A stretch of 64,000 bases of DNA from Octopus sinensis (GCF_006345805.1 NC_043006.1:71486001-71550000), one strand, 5' to 3'; counted from the stretch's first letter, positions 49,800-62,900 are shown. Notes: generated by a model from the letters alone, not told the origin. Program-made: numbers and translations.

Positions 49800-50808
49800 C
49801 ACAGGCATGCACAAATACACGCATATATGCATGTCTGACATGAATAAGTAGCTAAATCAGCACTGACCAGAGGGATGAATATCTAACATCAATATCTAGG
49901 AAAGGTCATTCTACAACAGAAACTGTCTGTTGATGGAGTTGTGTGTGTGTGTGTACATGCATGCATGCATGTGTGTGTATGCACATGTCTGCAGGGATGC
50001 ATCTGCATGTATGTGTCTAAATTTACAAATATTAGTACAACTGTCTGCATATAAATATGTATGAGTGTGTGAATCTGTATGCACGTATAGGCAAGTCAGT
50101 ATGCATGTGTGTGTTTGTATGCATGTGTGTGTCTGTATGTGACCACATACGTATTAAGAGTTACTGTCCCTTTCTTGACTTGTTTTAGATATAATTCACT
50201 CTGGCCAGGTAAGTGCCTCAAAGTAATGATGTGTCAGCAGAGACCACGTAGGTATGACAAGCTGCTGATGTATATGCCTGTGTGAGTGTGTGTGAAAACG
50301 TGCATATGTGAAAATGTGCGTGTAAGCATGTGCTAGTGTGTTTGTGTGTGCTCAATGCTACCGAAGCAAAATATGAAAAGGTTTTCCAGAGATGGATCGA
50401 CAAGATATCTATATATGTATACAGGAGAGTGAGGGGGGTGAGACAAAGCAATACAAACAAAAAGACAATAATAGAAAGAGAGAGAGTGAGGGGGGTAGTC
50501 ATCACTTTAAGTAATCCCTCCTGAAAGACAACTGTAAGCCTGCTACAATCAACATGACTACAAAATTCAATGTTGGTGGCGGTGATAGTAGTAATAGTTT
50601 TAGTAGGATCCCTTCTACACTATGACCACTACTACTACTGCTACCACCACTACTACTAACAGAGCTGGTGTGTGTGTGATGTATCTCAGTACAGCTCCCA
50701 GCTGCCTTTATCCACTGCAGTCTGTGGAAGGGATGATGAATACCTTAATATATGCAGGTTTCATCTGGGAAAGGGACTACTACAACATAACCTTACTACT
50801 TAAATACA

Positions 50809-50860
<52 letters not shown>

Positions 50861-51639
50861 TACATACATACATACATATATACATACATACATACATACA
50901 TACATACTTACATATGTGTGTGTGTATGCATGTAAGTAAATGTAGATAGACACACATACATATAGCTATGTACACAAATGCACATACAGATCTTCCTTAC
51001 TTCACTTTTCCATTACAAAACCTTATAAAGAAAAGATAAGGCTCTAGATATGTCAAACTGTAAATATAGAGAAAGGCTGTGTGTGTGTGTGTTCTTGCAT
51101 GCGTGTGACAGAGAGAGAGAGAGAGTATGCATTTATGGATGGGTAATTGTATTCATGAATGAGGTCTGTTTCTCAATGTCTCTATGTATATGTGTGGCTG
51201 GGTGAGTTAGTGTATGGGAGTTAATTGGAGTGTGTTTAAGTATTTTGTAGTAGATGAGCATGTGTGTCTGTGCTTATATGAATGTGTATGTGAGCACATA
51301 TATTCAAGCTTGCGTTTATGCATAAAAGTGTATGAGTACATAAATTTATGTATGCATGTGTGTGTTTGTGCCTCCAACTTTATATTCGCACATCCATACA
51401 AGTAAATGCATGTGTGATAGCAGAATAATCTAAGTGTGTATCTGTGTTTTTTTAATTATCCACTCCCCAACCTCTTAATTTTTCTATTCATTTACTCAAT
51501 TGTTAAAGTCATTATGCTATAATTAAACAGCACAACAACAATTACCAACTCACCATGAACTATCATTACTACCACCCACAAGAGAACCTCAACCTGCTAG
51601 AAATATCAGCCAAATCTCCCTCAAATCACACCTAGTGCC

Positions 51640-51864
51640 TTAACCCTTTAGCATTTAAACTAGCCACATCCAGTCAAATATTCTACTTGTTTTATGTTCA
51701 AACCAACCAGATCCAACCTCTTACACCTACCCTGCAATGCCATTCTAAAAATAAACAATCACAACATTGAAGTCATGAAGCTACAAGATAATGCAAGATA
51801 ATCCAAACAATGTGAATAAATAAGCATTATATTTCACACAGTAATTTGAGTGCTAAAGGGTTAA
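51640..51864. mobile_element. Intact piggyBac-type MITE with TTAA TSD, inserted in repeat family 5
   Basis: TTAA-CCCTTTAGCA...TGCTAAAGGG-TTAA; the flanks continue family-5 sequence on both sides. Confidence 0.92.
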
Positions 51865-52368
51865 AAAGCACATGTTGGAAAATGTGATACTGGGTACCCT
51901 TCACACAGGAAAAAGAAATGGGATGGTCACAGCTAGAATGCCTTTGATCTGACCTGGAAATAACCACCACCCGCCTTGCAACCACAATCCAGACTTATTT
52001 CTGCAGGAGCAATTATAGATCAGTTTTATTATCAAAACAGAATAGTTTTATAATAATTATTTGTAATATAGGCACAAGGACAGAAATTTGGGAGATGGGA
52101 ATTAGTCAATGAAATCAACCATAGTACTTGCTGGTACTTTATTATATCCCCATAGCAATGAAAGGCAAAGTCAATTTTCCTGGAATTTGAACTCAGAATG
52201 CAAAAAGCCCAAACAAAAACCACTAAGCATTTTATGACACTCTAGAGTACTTTCTTTTTTAGGACCACGGTGGGATGAATGACATAGCTGACTAGATACT
52301 GCCAAGTATTTTTTCTGATGCTCTACTGATTCTGCTATCCGCCACTTTAATAATAATGATTATTATTA

Positions 52369-52520
52369 GTCATGATGTGTGGGAATGTTTTACATTCAGA
52401 ACCAATGTCCTTGTTACTGGGACACAACCAGTTTCTTTAGATATTGAAGAGTTTTCTTACAATCCTTGCTTTTCAAAAACTGCAGATTTCTGAATTAATG
52501 CAACTCTCATAGTTACACAA
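52369..52520 (-). mobile_element. R4/Dong-like retrotransposon 3' remnant (decayed)
   Basis: 'LIQKSAVF..KARIVRKLFNI*' with one frameshift, then a short UTR and (TAA)n tail. Confidence 0.55.
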
Positions 52521-52601
52521 TATCAATAAGAAAACTGTCGAGTCTGTTGGTGATGGCTCCAATGGTACCTACCTACCGCCGCCACCATCATCATCATCAT
52601 C

Positions 52602-52840
52602 AAGGTAGCAACTGGCAGAGTTGTTAGCACGCCGGACAAAATGCGTAATGGCATTTTGTCTAGCCTTTTCGTTCTGAGTTCAAATTCCACTGAGGTCAAC
52701 TTTGCCTTTCATCCTTTCAGGGTCAATGAAATAAGTACCAGCTATGCACTGGGGTTGGTATAATTGACTTGTCCCCTCCCCAACAATTTCAGGCCTTGTG
52801 CCTATATTAGAAAGGATTATTATCATTATTATTATTATTA
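52602..52840 (+). mobile_element. Nin-type SINE
   Basis: Full head, core and (ATT)n tail. Confidence 0.88.
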
Positions 52841-52841
52841 T

Positions 52842-53078
52842 AGACATCACACAGTGTACAATATCATGAGGTTGTTGATTAAAGATATTGTATCTACCAA
52901 GGGTTTTGACTGTCTGTCAAGTCACAAGAACCTCAGACAGATAGTACTTTATGCAATTTGCATGCAGTTCCAAGTAATGCCGACTTTTGCAATACATCTA
53001 GATTGTAGGATATCTCTAAGGTTTTCAGATATCTTTTTCAGATTGGGTGATATTGAACCAAATACTCCAATGACAATT
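52842..53078 (-). mobile_element. R4/Dong-like retrotransposon 3' remnant
   Basis: 'IVIGVFGSISPNLK/RYLKTLEISYNLDVLQKSALLGTACKLHKVLSV*' (one frameshift), resembling the C-terminus of RLE-type ORFs; (TAA)n tail. Confidence 0.8.
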
Positions 53079-53103
53079 GTTGTTGTTGTTATTATTATTA
53101 TTG

Positions 53104-53345
53104 TGGTGGCAAGCTGGCAGAATTGTTAGCATGCCAGGTGAAATGCTTAGTGGTATTTTGCCTGCAGCTATTTTCTGAGTTCAAATTCCACCTAGGTTGA
53201 CTTTGCCTTTCATCAGTTTGGTGTCAATAAATTAAGTACCAGTCAAGTACTGGAGTTGATGTTATCGATTATTCCCATCCTACCAAAATTTCAGGCCTTG
53301 AGCCTATAGTAGAAAGGATTATTATTATTTTTATTATTATTATTA
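53104..53345 (+). mobile_element. Nin-type SINE
   Basis: Full head, core and (ATT)n tail. Confidence 0.88.
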
Positions 53346-54167
53346 TTTGTAACATAGTTCTAGGTAAGGTTGTTTGAATAAGAAACAGGCTTCCCAACCC
53401 TGTAGTTCTGGATTTGTTCTAACTGTGTGGATCCTAGAGTATCTCCCACTGAAACTTCAAACTGACCAATACCCCTTGAGAGGGAGTTTGGAAGACAAAA
53501 ACAACACAAAAGCCAGTTACTTAGGTATGTGTATACAGGTTTGCAAACCAGTGTCGTGTCCCTTTGCCACTTCAGCAAAAATCACTAAAACTAAATACGA
53601 AATAGTATAAGCAATTAAAATTTCAAAAGGTGGTGTCCAAAACCAGTAAATGGTCAAATAATAGACACAAGACCACAAATTATGGTGGAAGGAGAGAATC
53701 ACCTATAACTGGCACACTGTCAGTTATGATGAGGGTTCCAATTGAACTGATTGAAGGAACAAACCTGCAAGTGAAATTATTGTGCAAGTGGCTGAGCGCT
53801 CCACAGACAAGTACTCTTCACGTAGTTCTCAGGGAGATTCAGTATGGCCCTTTGAATGACAAGTGCTACTCATTTTTGCCAGCTGAGTATACTGGAACTA
53901 TATGAAATAAAGCGTCTCGCTCAAGGACACACTGTACCACTGGGAATCAAGCTCATGGCCTTACAGTTGTGTGCTGAATACCCCTAACCACTTCACTACA
54001 CACCTTCACGAATCAACTATATCAACCCTAGTAGGTGACAGGTACTTATTTCATTGACACACCTGCTTCCAACCCAAAGAATGACTCAAAGTCAACTCTG
54101 AGGACATCTGAACATTGCCATAGAGAGACAAAGCTAAATTACAAAAGGCATTTACATTATGCCCACA

Positions 54168-54697
54168 GGCATATGGCAGAGTGGTTAAGAGTGCAGGCTA
54201 CTAACCCAAAATTCCAAGTTTGATTCCAGGCAGTGACATGAATAATAATAATAATATAATAAATTCTAAAATACAGGATAATGCTACTAATATAGTCTGA
54301 ACAAGATAAGCTATCCCTATTTTGCAGAAAAAAGTGTTGGTGGCCGTGGGAAAATAGGGGCAGCTTATCCTGTTCAGGCTATGTTATTAGCATTATCCTG
54401 CGTTTGAGAATTTAAAATCACTTCTTTAACTTTCTAAGACATCTCAACACTTCTAAAGCAAACTCCGTTTGTTTGTTTACGTTCATCATAATTTTAATTT
54501 AATAATAATAACAATAACATTGAAAAATACCTTAGGAATGAGAACCCATGTTCGAAATTTCCCCAAGACACCTAATGAAGGCTGGAGGGTATATCAGCTA
54601 AAATGTGTTAACAACAAACAAGAGGAGGACAAATATCTGTCAAACGTAAACAATGTAAATAATGTACATAATTCCTCATTTCTTAAATATAGAACTG
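54168..54697 (+). mobile_element. Hammerhead-SINE locus 3: forward monomer with complete 3' end, linker split by a ~240-bp insert
   Basis: A box TGGCAGAGTGG; 3' end '...ttaaatatagaactg'; perfect 12-bp TSD AAAAGGCATTTA at 54143-54154 and 54698-54709; decayed hammerhead core (CTAATGA...AAAA) at 54567-54609. Confidence 0.88.
54260..54414. repeat. Foldback with ~65-bp inverted arms and ~22-nt loop
   Basis: 'aaattctaaaatacaggataatgctactaatatagtctgaacaagataagc' versus reverse complement 'aaattctcaaacgcaggataatgctaataacatagcctgaacaggataagc'. Confidence 0.88.
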
Positions 54698-54987
54698 AAA
54701 AGGCATTTAGCCTACCTTTACTGACTCTTCTAGTCACTAATCATAATAATAATTGTTTCTAATTTAGGAACACAAGGACTGGAATTTGGGGCAAGGGTTA
54801 GCTGATTAAATTGACCACAGTACTTGATGATAATAATAGCTTCCAAATTAAGTACAAGACCAACAATTTCAAAGGGAGCAGGTTTAGTTGATTATATCAA
54901 CCACAGTTCTTGACCTTTTTTTTTTTACTACCACTCCACTTCCAGAAGAATGAGAGGCAGAGCTGATCTTGGCAGAAATATAATCAA

Positions 54988-55395
54988 AGGCGCAGGAGTT
55001 GCTGTGTGGTAAGACGATTGCTTCGCAACCACAAAGTTTCAGATTCAATCCCACAGCATGGCACCTTGGGCAAGTGTCTTCTACTATAGCCTCAGGCCAA
55101 CCAAAGCTTTGTGAGTGGATTTGGTAGATGGAAACTGAAAGAAGCCTATCGTGTGTGTGTGTGTGTGTGTGCATGCACACACGTATGTGTGTATGTGTTT
55201 GTTTGCATTTGTCCTTCCACCATTGCTTGACAACTGATGTTGGCATGTTTACGTCCCCTAACTTAGCAGTTCAGCAAAAGACACCGATAGAATAAGAACT
55301 AATCTTACAAAAAATAAGACCTGGAGCTGATTTCTTCAACTAAAGGCTATGCTGCAGCATGGCCGCAGTCAAATAACTGAAACAAATAAAAGAGT
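54988..55395 (+). mobile_element. SINE family 1
   Basis: Full-length family-1 pattern with internal (TG)n. Confidence 0.9.
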
Positions 55396-56065
55396 ATAAT
55401 ATTTCGGCAAAAGGCCAACAATTTGGAGTGGTGGGTGGCTAAGTCAATTACATTGACACCTGTACTTGATTGGTATTTATTTTATCAACACTGAAAAGAT
55501 GGAAGGTAAAGTCAACCTCAGCAGAATTTGAACTCAGAATGTAAAAGATGGATGAAATACCACTAAGCATTTTGTCCAGCATGCTAATGATTCTGCCAGC
55601 TTGCCACTTTACTCAAATACTAATAATGAAATTCAATACAGCCATCTCTTTCCAGTTCCAACCCAACCACTCTCAATCTCTCTTTTTTAATCTGAGTAAC
55701 TGTGAAGCTCCCCTACAGCAAGAAGCCCATTCTGTTCTATTCTGATCCCTTCTCTCTTACTTCAATCCCTCATCCCATAGCATAAATCCACTCTTCTCTC
55801 TACTGTAGACCCCACACAGATGAAGGGGATCTTCGTCTTGCAAGCTACATGACAACGTCACCAGTGCTAGTTCCACAAGGAAAGAACCCAGTACACGTTG
55901 TATAGTGGTTGGTGTTAGGAAGGACATCAATCCATAGAAACTGTGCTGAAGCAGATATCAGAGCATGATGCAATCTTTGGAAAAGTCAGATTCTGACAAA
56001 CCATCCAACCCATGCCAGGAACATGGATGTTAATAAATGATGATGATACACACACACACACACAC

Positions 56066-56101
<36 letters not shown>

Positions 56102-56822
56102 CGCACACACACATTTATGTGTGTGCACACATCTGTGTATGTGTTTATATATATGCTCACATAAGATATACACACGTACATACACACATGTGTGTATGTA
56201 TATATATGTGTGTGTGTGTGTGTGTGTGCATATATGTGTGTGTGCAAATATAAGAATGTGTTTATTATTTTAAAGCATGTTTAAGAATAACAATGAACAT
56301 TTACTATAGTGAGAGTTAATGTTAGTTAACTTCACTATGTGTGTGTGTGTGTGTGCGCATGCGTGTATGTGTGTATGCATGCCTGCATATACATACATAT
56401 ATGAATAATATCTATATCACATACATAAGCATATTTGTACATAACAAAGCGCGGCGCAGTGGGTGGAGAGGTTTCCCTCTCCCCTCCCATCTAACCACCA
56501 TGTACTGGGTGACTAAAATAATCCAAACTGTGTCAGTTTCTATGGCAACACTGAAGACAATGTCCCTGTGAATGGCAACAGATTTGATAAAGTGCACAGC
56601 CAGATCTAAGTAGACTTGTGCAGATATCTAAACAGATAGAGAAGTGGCAGAGACGTATCAAATGTCAGAAGTAACAGCAGCAGCAGCAGCGGTAGTAGAA
56701 GTAGTAGTAATAGTAGTAGTAGCAGCAGTAAGAGTAGCAGCAGCAGCAGCAAGTGTAGTGGTACCAAGTAGTGTATAAAATAGCTCGCAAACAGTTTCTC
56801 AAGTTATACACATGCACTCACC

Positions 56823-56861
<39 letters not shown>

Positions 56862-57285
56862 ACCATCTCCTCCTCACAAACATGTATGTGTAAGAGCATA
56901 TATGTGCTCATGCATGTGTAACACACACATTCATGTATGTATGTATCTTTTATCTTTTACTTGTTTCAGTCACTTGAAGAATTCTTTCTTAGTCGAGTGA
57001 ATCAACCCCAGTTCTTTTTTTTTTTTTTTTTGAAGCGTGATACTTATTCTATCAGTCCCGTTTGCCAAGCTGCTAAGTTCCGGGGACATAACTACACCAA
57101 GCAGTGGTGTGAACATACACAAAGACACACATACACACACACATATATATATATACAACAGCATCTTTCAATTTTCATCTACCAGGGCTATAGTAGAAGA
57201 CATTGGCCCAAGGTGCCACACAATAGGATTGAACCTAGGATGATGATGATTTTATAAATAAATATATATATATATATATATATAT

Positions 57286-57439
57286 AGGCGTGGGAGTGGC
57301 TGTGTGGTAAGAAGCTTGCTTCCCAACCACATAGTTCCGGGTTCAGTCCCACTGTGTGGCACTGTGTGTGCTACTATAATCTCAGGCTGACCAAAGCCTT
57401 TTGAGTGGATTTGGTAGATGGAAACTGAAAGAAGCCTGT

Positions 57440-57473
<34 letters not shown>

Positions 57474-57705
57474 AATATACACATACACACACATATATAT
57501 ATATATATTTGTGTGTGGGTATGTTTGTCCCCATCCCCTCACCATTGCTTGACAAATGATGTTGGTGTGTCTATGTCCCTGTAACTTAGCAGTTCGGCAA
57601 AAGAGACCAATAAAATAAGTACTAGTCTTGGGGTCGATTTCTTGACTAAAGGCAGTGCTCCAACATGGCCACAGCCAAATGACTAAAACAAGTAGAGAAA
57701 AAAAA
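57286..57705 (+). mobile_element. SINE family 1
   Basis: Full-length family-1 pattern with internal (TA)n. Confidence 0.88.
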
Positions 57706-58889
57706 GAAAAGAGAATATATATATAAACACACACACACACACAGTATTTGTCTCCATCATTATAACCATGCTGGGGCACCACCTTGAAGCATTTTAGTCA
57801 AATAGCACAACCCTAGTATTTATTTTTAAGTCAGATACTTTAAGTCCATCAATTTTTTTTTTTTGCCGAACCACCAAGTTGCACGGACATAAACAAACCA
57901 ACACTGGCTGTCAAGTGATGAGGAGGCAAGACAAACACAGACCTCACACAATTCCTGTCTACCAAATTCACTCACAATGCAATGGTTGGTTGGGTTACCA
58001 AAGAAGACACCTACCCAGAGTGTTATGCAATAGGACTGAACCTAAAGTAAAATGGTTGCAGAGCAAGCCTCTTAACCATTGGGAGTATCTGTGCCCACCT
58101 GTGCCATACATGTCTGTGTGAGCAGGAGTGTGTCTATAGTTATGTTAACCCGTGTAAAAGTTGTATTGCATTAAAACAACAAATATAGATTGATAAAAAA
58201 AAAAAAGAGTCCCAGACTGAAATCAGAATTAGGGTTGATATGATAACTAAAACCTATAATGGCAGTGCCACCGCATGGCCTTAGTCCTATAACTAAAACT
58301 AACACAAGACAAAGAAATATATAGAAGACCAAAACATCTACAGAGTTAACTCATACACAGAAATGATTAAAATAACAATAGTTGCTGAGCCCTTGTTTTT
58401 TCTTTGCCTTATAATTATTTCTAATTTGATCTTTGGTGTTCATCAAATTAAATATGTTAATTCTGACTTGTTTATTGTGTAACTAACTGAGGTTATTTAT
58501 TTTTGTAAACTGTTACAAACACTTAAACTTGTAAACATCATCATCATCCTCAGCAATTACAAAAAATTACATTCTCTTGGATATGGGTTTGTAGGAAGAC
58601 CTAACATACCCTCTCACTGTACTGGTGAGGCATTAGCCCCTATGTCAGAAAACCCTTGCCTGCATTCACTTTTAAAACTGCCCTCTACTAAATCTTGAAA
58701 ATCCTATATGAGAACAAGCTGGTTCTTATATGCCTGCAATTTACCCCTCGTACTAAAAAGTATCTTCATCTCTGCTCTATATAGTTGATTTGATTGTACA
58801 AAGTAGCAGCCAAATTCCCTCATTACACCCATCATCTTCCCAAAAACAAGAAAAAAAAGGAATACCTGTGCAAATCTTGGCATGGACTG

Positions 58890-59290
58890 AGAAAGAAAAC
58901 ATCACGATTGGAAGGTTGCATAGCAAACTTTGGTCAAACCACAGAATCAACCAAAATTAGTGTATATTGCACAGGTTTCTACACAGGAGTGTAACCTGGA
59001 CATTATATTGCAAACATTTGAAAAGTTAGACCAGTTTTACTTGAGCTGCTTCCAGAGAGCCTGCAGCATCTTATGGAAGGAGAAGGTATATAATACAACT
59101 GCAATAAATAGAGCAAAACTGAAGGGACCTAAAGTCTTCTCAAGAAGGGCTATCCTTTGGTAGGGGTACATGCTGTTCAAATGGAGGACCAAATAGTAAA
59201 ATCTACCAACCAGAATACACAAGTGAGCCAATCTAAGAGGTATAAGAGTATCTTGAAATCCAACTTTAAAGCAGGTTTAGTCTAGTGATG
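58890..59290 (+). pseudogene. RTE/BovB-like ORF2 C-terminal fragment
   Basis: 'IGRLHSKLWSNHRI..TKISVYC..EKLDQFYLSCFQRACSILWKEKVYNTTAINRAKL' resembles BovB-type 'FGRL..W..KISVY..LEQFH.RCLR.IL.I.W.DKV.N'. Confidence 0.75.
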
Positions 59291-60281
59291 GTCTACTCTT
59301 GGCCAGGTTCTGTGTATGTGAACCTTCACTAACACTTTCTATACAACCTGGAAGGGCCCATATCCTCCCTTCCTACCATTAAATAGATTAACTTCAGCTA
59401 TCATGAATAGATATGAGATGAATACTGGAGTGGTTTCCCATTGCCTTCTCCATGCATGTGGGATTTGAACTCAGAATATAGAGAGCTGGAAGATATACCA
59501 TAAAGCATTTCTGTCAACATGCCAATGTTTCTGCCACCAGTAGAGTGACGTGAAATGAAGTATTTTGCTCAAAAACACAACGTACTGTCCAGGAATTGAA
59601 CTCACAATCTAGCAATCATGAGTGCAATGCCCTAAGCACTAGGCCACACACCTTCACCTCAAAGCATGTAATATTCATTAAAAGACTAGAAAAAGTCACC
59701 ACAAACCCCATCAAAGTGCTCTGCTAGAATAAGGTGCTTTGAACACTGCCACATTGATCCATGAGCATGATGTAGTTTGCTACCCCAAAAGACATGGCTG
59801 ACCACTCACAGTTATGGCTATCCAGTCTGTCAGTGTTGATATCACTCACAGTGGGCCCTGGTCAGTCATCACAGATACCACAACAACCAAGCAAATAAAC
59901 TAGAAACATAAAAGGAACAGTTCATCTTCACTTATATGTGCATGTGTATCGAGAGATATATGTATATATGTACTTATATTTGCATGTGTGCCTATGTATC
60001 TGTGTGCGTGTGTGTGTGTCGGTGGTGTAACAAGTGTTCTCAGTGCCCAGGGTGTGGTGATATCAAAATGCCTCCCCACTGCCTTAATCAGCAGGTATTA
60101 TAGGCTAGAACAAATTTTGGAGTCATTGGACACCTGCACCTGCAGTGGAAGACAAATGCCACTAAAGTTACCCTGTTACTTATTATGTTTCATGTGTGTG
60201 TGCGCGCACGCATCTATGAAGGTGTCTATATGTATAAGTGCACAAGTATGAATGTGTCTATGATTGTGTGTGTGTATATAT

Positions 60282-60815
60282 CATCATCATAGTCGTTTAA
60301 CATCCACTTTCCATGCTGGCATAGGTTGGACAGTTTGACTGAGGGCTGGCGAGCCAAGAGGTTGCACAAGGCTCCAATCCGATCTGGCAATGTTTCTACA
60401 GCTGGGTGCCCTTCCTTATGCCAACCACTCCAAGCGTAGTGGGTGCTTTTTATGTGCCACCAGCACAAGGGCCAGTCAGGCAGTACTGGCATCAGCCATG
60501 CTTGAATGGTGCTTTTTATGTGCCTGCCACCGGCACGGGAGCCAGTCAGCCGGCACTGGCATCGACCACACTCGAATGGTGCTTTTTACATGCCAATCAG
60601 GCAGTACTGTCATATATATATATACACACACACACACATATGCGAGTGTGTGTGTGTGTGTCATTATTATCATTATCATCATTTAACATCTGCTTTCCAT
60701 GGCTAGCATGGGTTGGACAGTTTGACAGGAGCTGGCTAGGCAGAAGACTGCACCAGACTTCTGTGTCTATTTTGGCATGGTTTTTATGGCTGGGTGTCCT
60801 TCCTAACACCAACCA
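60282..60815 (-). mobile_element. Two adjacent RTE 3'-UTR fragments
   Basis: Each starts (plus strand) with (CAT)n-tttaacatc-..-tttccatg; the first has three repeats of 'gtgcttttta(t/c)(g/a)tgcc'. Confidence 0.85.
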
Positions 60816-61315
60816 ACCCGCATGTGTTTGTATGTATGTGAATGTGCAATTACTGTTTAACACCAGGTTGAACCTAATCAAGCAGTCTAAAATGAAGGGC
60901 AATACAGCCACAATCATTTAAAAATAGTAGCATATAATATGAAGAAGATCTGGCTGCTATTTCCAGCAAGTCAATGTAACAAACTAAGGCAAAGAACGTG
61001 TGCTGTGTACGTTTTAACATGAGTATTGTATTTCCATGTTATTTTAACATTTTACCAACATTTTGAGAATGGTGGATTGTTCCATATCAAAGATCTTGTC
61101 TATGAACTATAGCTACATCATCAACAATAACAACAACACACAGATGTCTTCACAAAGTTTAGTGGATCATGAGTTAAAGAATCACAGAACTGTCAGTAGG
61201 GTACAACAGTATTTTAAGAAACAATCTGGCCTTCAATACAAGTTGAATAAACCACATATGCACACACACACACTTTTCTATGTGTAGTCATATGTTTGTG
61301 TGCACATGTCTATTG

Positions 61316-61351
<36 letters not shown>

Positions 61352-61807
61352 ATATATACACAGACATACACACACGCCACAGAGAGGTAAATACCAAGAT
61401 GGGGTCTGGCATGGAATAACTCACTTCATGGACAGACAGTTGAGTAGAAATCTTGGCTGACAAGCTATTTCGAAAATGGAAAATCTCTTAATAGCAAAAA
61501 CATCAATATTTTTTTTTATTAGTTATTGGACTGCAGCCACACTGGAGCACCACCTTGAAAAGATATTTAAGTAAAATTGATCCAGGTACTTAAGTCTGAT
61601 ACTTACTGTCAACTGCTAGGTTATGGGGCATAAACTTATACTAGTTGTCAAGTACTGAGAGACAAATTTACTCCCCAACCATATGATTCTGGGCTTAATC
61701 CCACTGTGTGGAACCTTGGGCAAATGTCTTCTACTACACTCCCAAGCACACCGAAGCTTTGTGAGCGGATTAGGTAGACACATACTGAAAGAAGCTAGTC
61801 ATATATA

Positions 61808-62900
61808 CAAGCATACCTCAGCTTAAGTCGCTTCGATTTAAGTCATTCTCGATTATATGTCAGTTTTCAAAATATATGGAAAAATAAAAATCAAGCTAAA
61901 TCATTTTCCTCGACTTTACATTTGTCCGCTACAAATATTGGAATCGTAAAAATCACTAGGAAACCATTAAAAGCACATAAAACCATGTTACTGTACAATA
62001 AATAAGAATAAAAGCATGCAGCCAATGGATCAGGGAATAATTGCTGTCTTCAAGAGATACTATATGAAGCATAGGCTGCAGCAAGCAATAGCTGCAACTG
62101 ATCTTGATGAGTCCATCACACTTCATGACTTTTGGAAGAGATGCGATATCTACAAGGCTGTACAGAACATAGCAGCAGCATGGAATGATGTACAGAGCAT
62201 GGCTATGAATGGTGTATGGAAGAAGTTATGCCCGCAATTCGTGAACGATTTTAAGGAGTTTAATAATGTTGCCATCAACAAGATGTTGGTGACTAAGAGC
62301 AAAGAACTGGAAATGGATTTGGAGGAGGAGGATTTCATAGAATTATTTGAAAAAGACAAGATCCTAACAAACAAGGATTTGGTAGAGCTTCACGAGCAGC
62401 AAAATAAAGAAGGAGAGGAAGTTGAACCTGAGCCACGTCACTTTACCATTAAGAAAATGCAGCAAGCATTTGCATATATCGAAAAAGGTCTTTCTATGTT
62501 CAAGAACATGGATCCAAATGCTCAATGCTTTTCCAAGATTATAGGGACCTGTCACAAAGCTTTTGCTCCTTATAATGTAATCCTTGAGGAAAAGAAGACT
62601 GATAGGTCAAGGAACTCTCAACTAGTTATTTAAGTGCATCGAACAACAAGAACAGCCCAAGTCAGCTGTTGATGCTGACAATCCACAGCCATCTACATCC
62701 GAGATGTAAGCCACCAAATTGTATGTACTGGTAAATTCAAAATAATTTAGTTTCTTTTTTTACTATTGAAAAATAATAATTACTGAATTTGTTTTTTAAG
62801 CTTAAAAAAGGGTTTTATTTTACCATGTCTTATTGCAAACTGCATTCATAAATAAAGCATCCACGATGTGCAGTAAACACCACCAAATTGTATTCGTAAA
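61808..62900 (+). mobile_element. Tigger/pogo deletion derivative
   Basis: TA followed by Tigger-like 5' end 'caagcatacctcagcttaagtcgcttcg'; transposase C-terminal ORF; 3' TIR not seen. Confidence 0.75.
62016..62633 (+). pseudogene. Tigger/pogo (DDE_1) transposase C-terminal part
   Basis: 'QPMDQGIIAVFKRYY', 'FWKRCDI..AV.NIAAAW..V', 'W.KL.P'; upstream catalytic and CENP-B-type HTH regions are absent. Confidence 0.9.
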
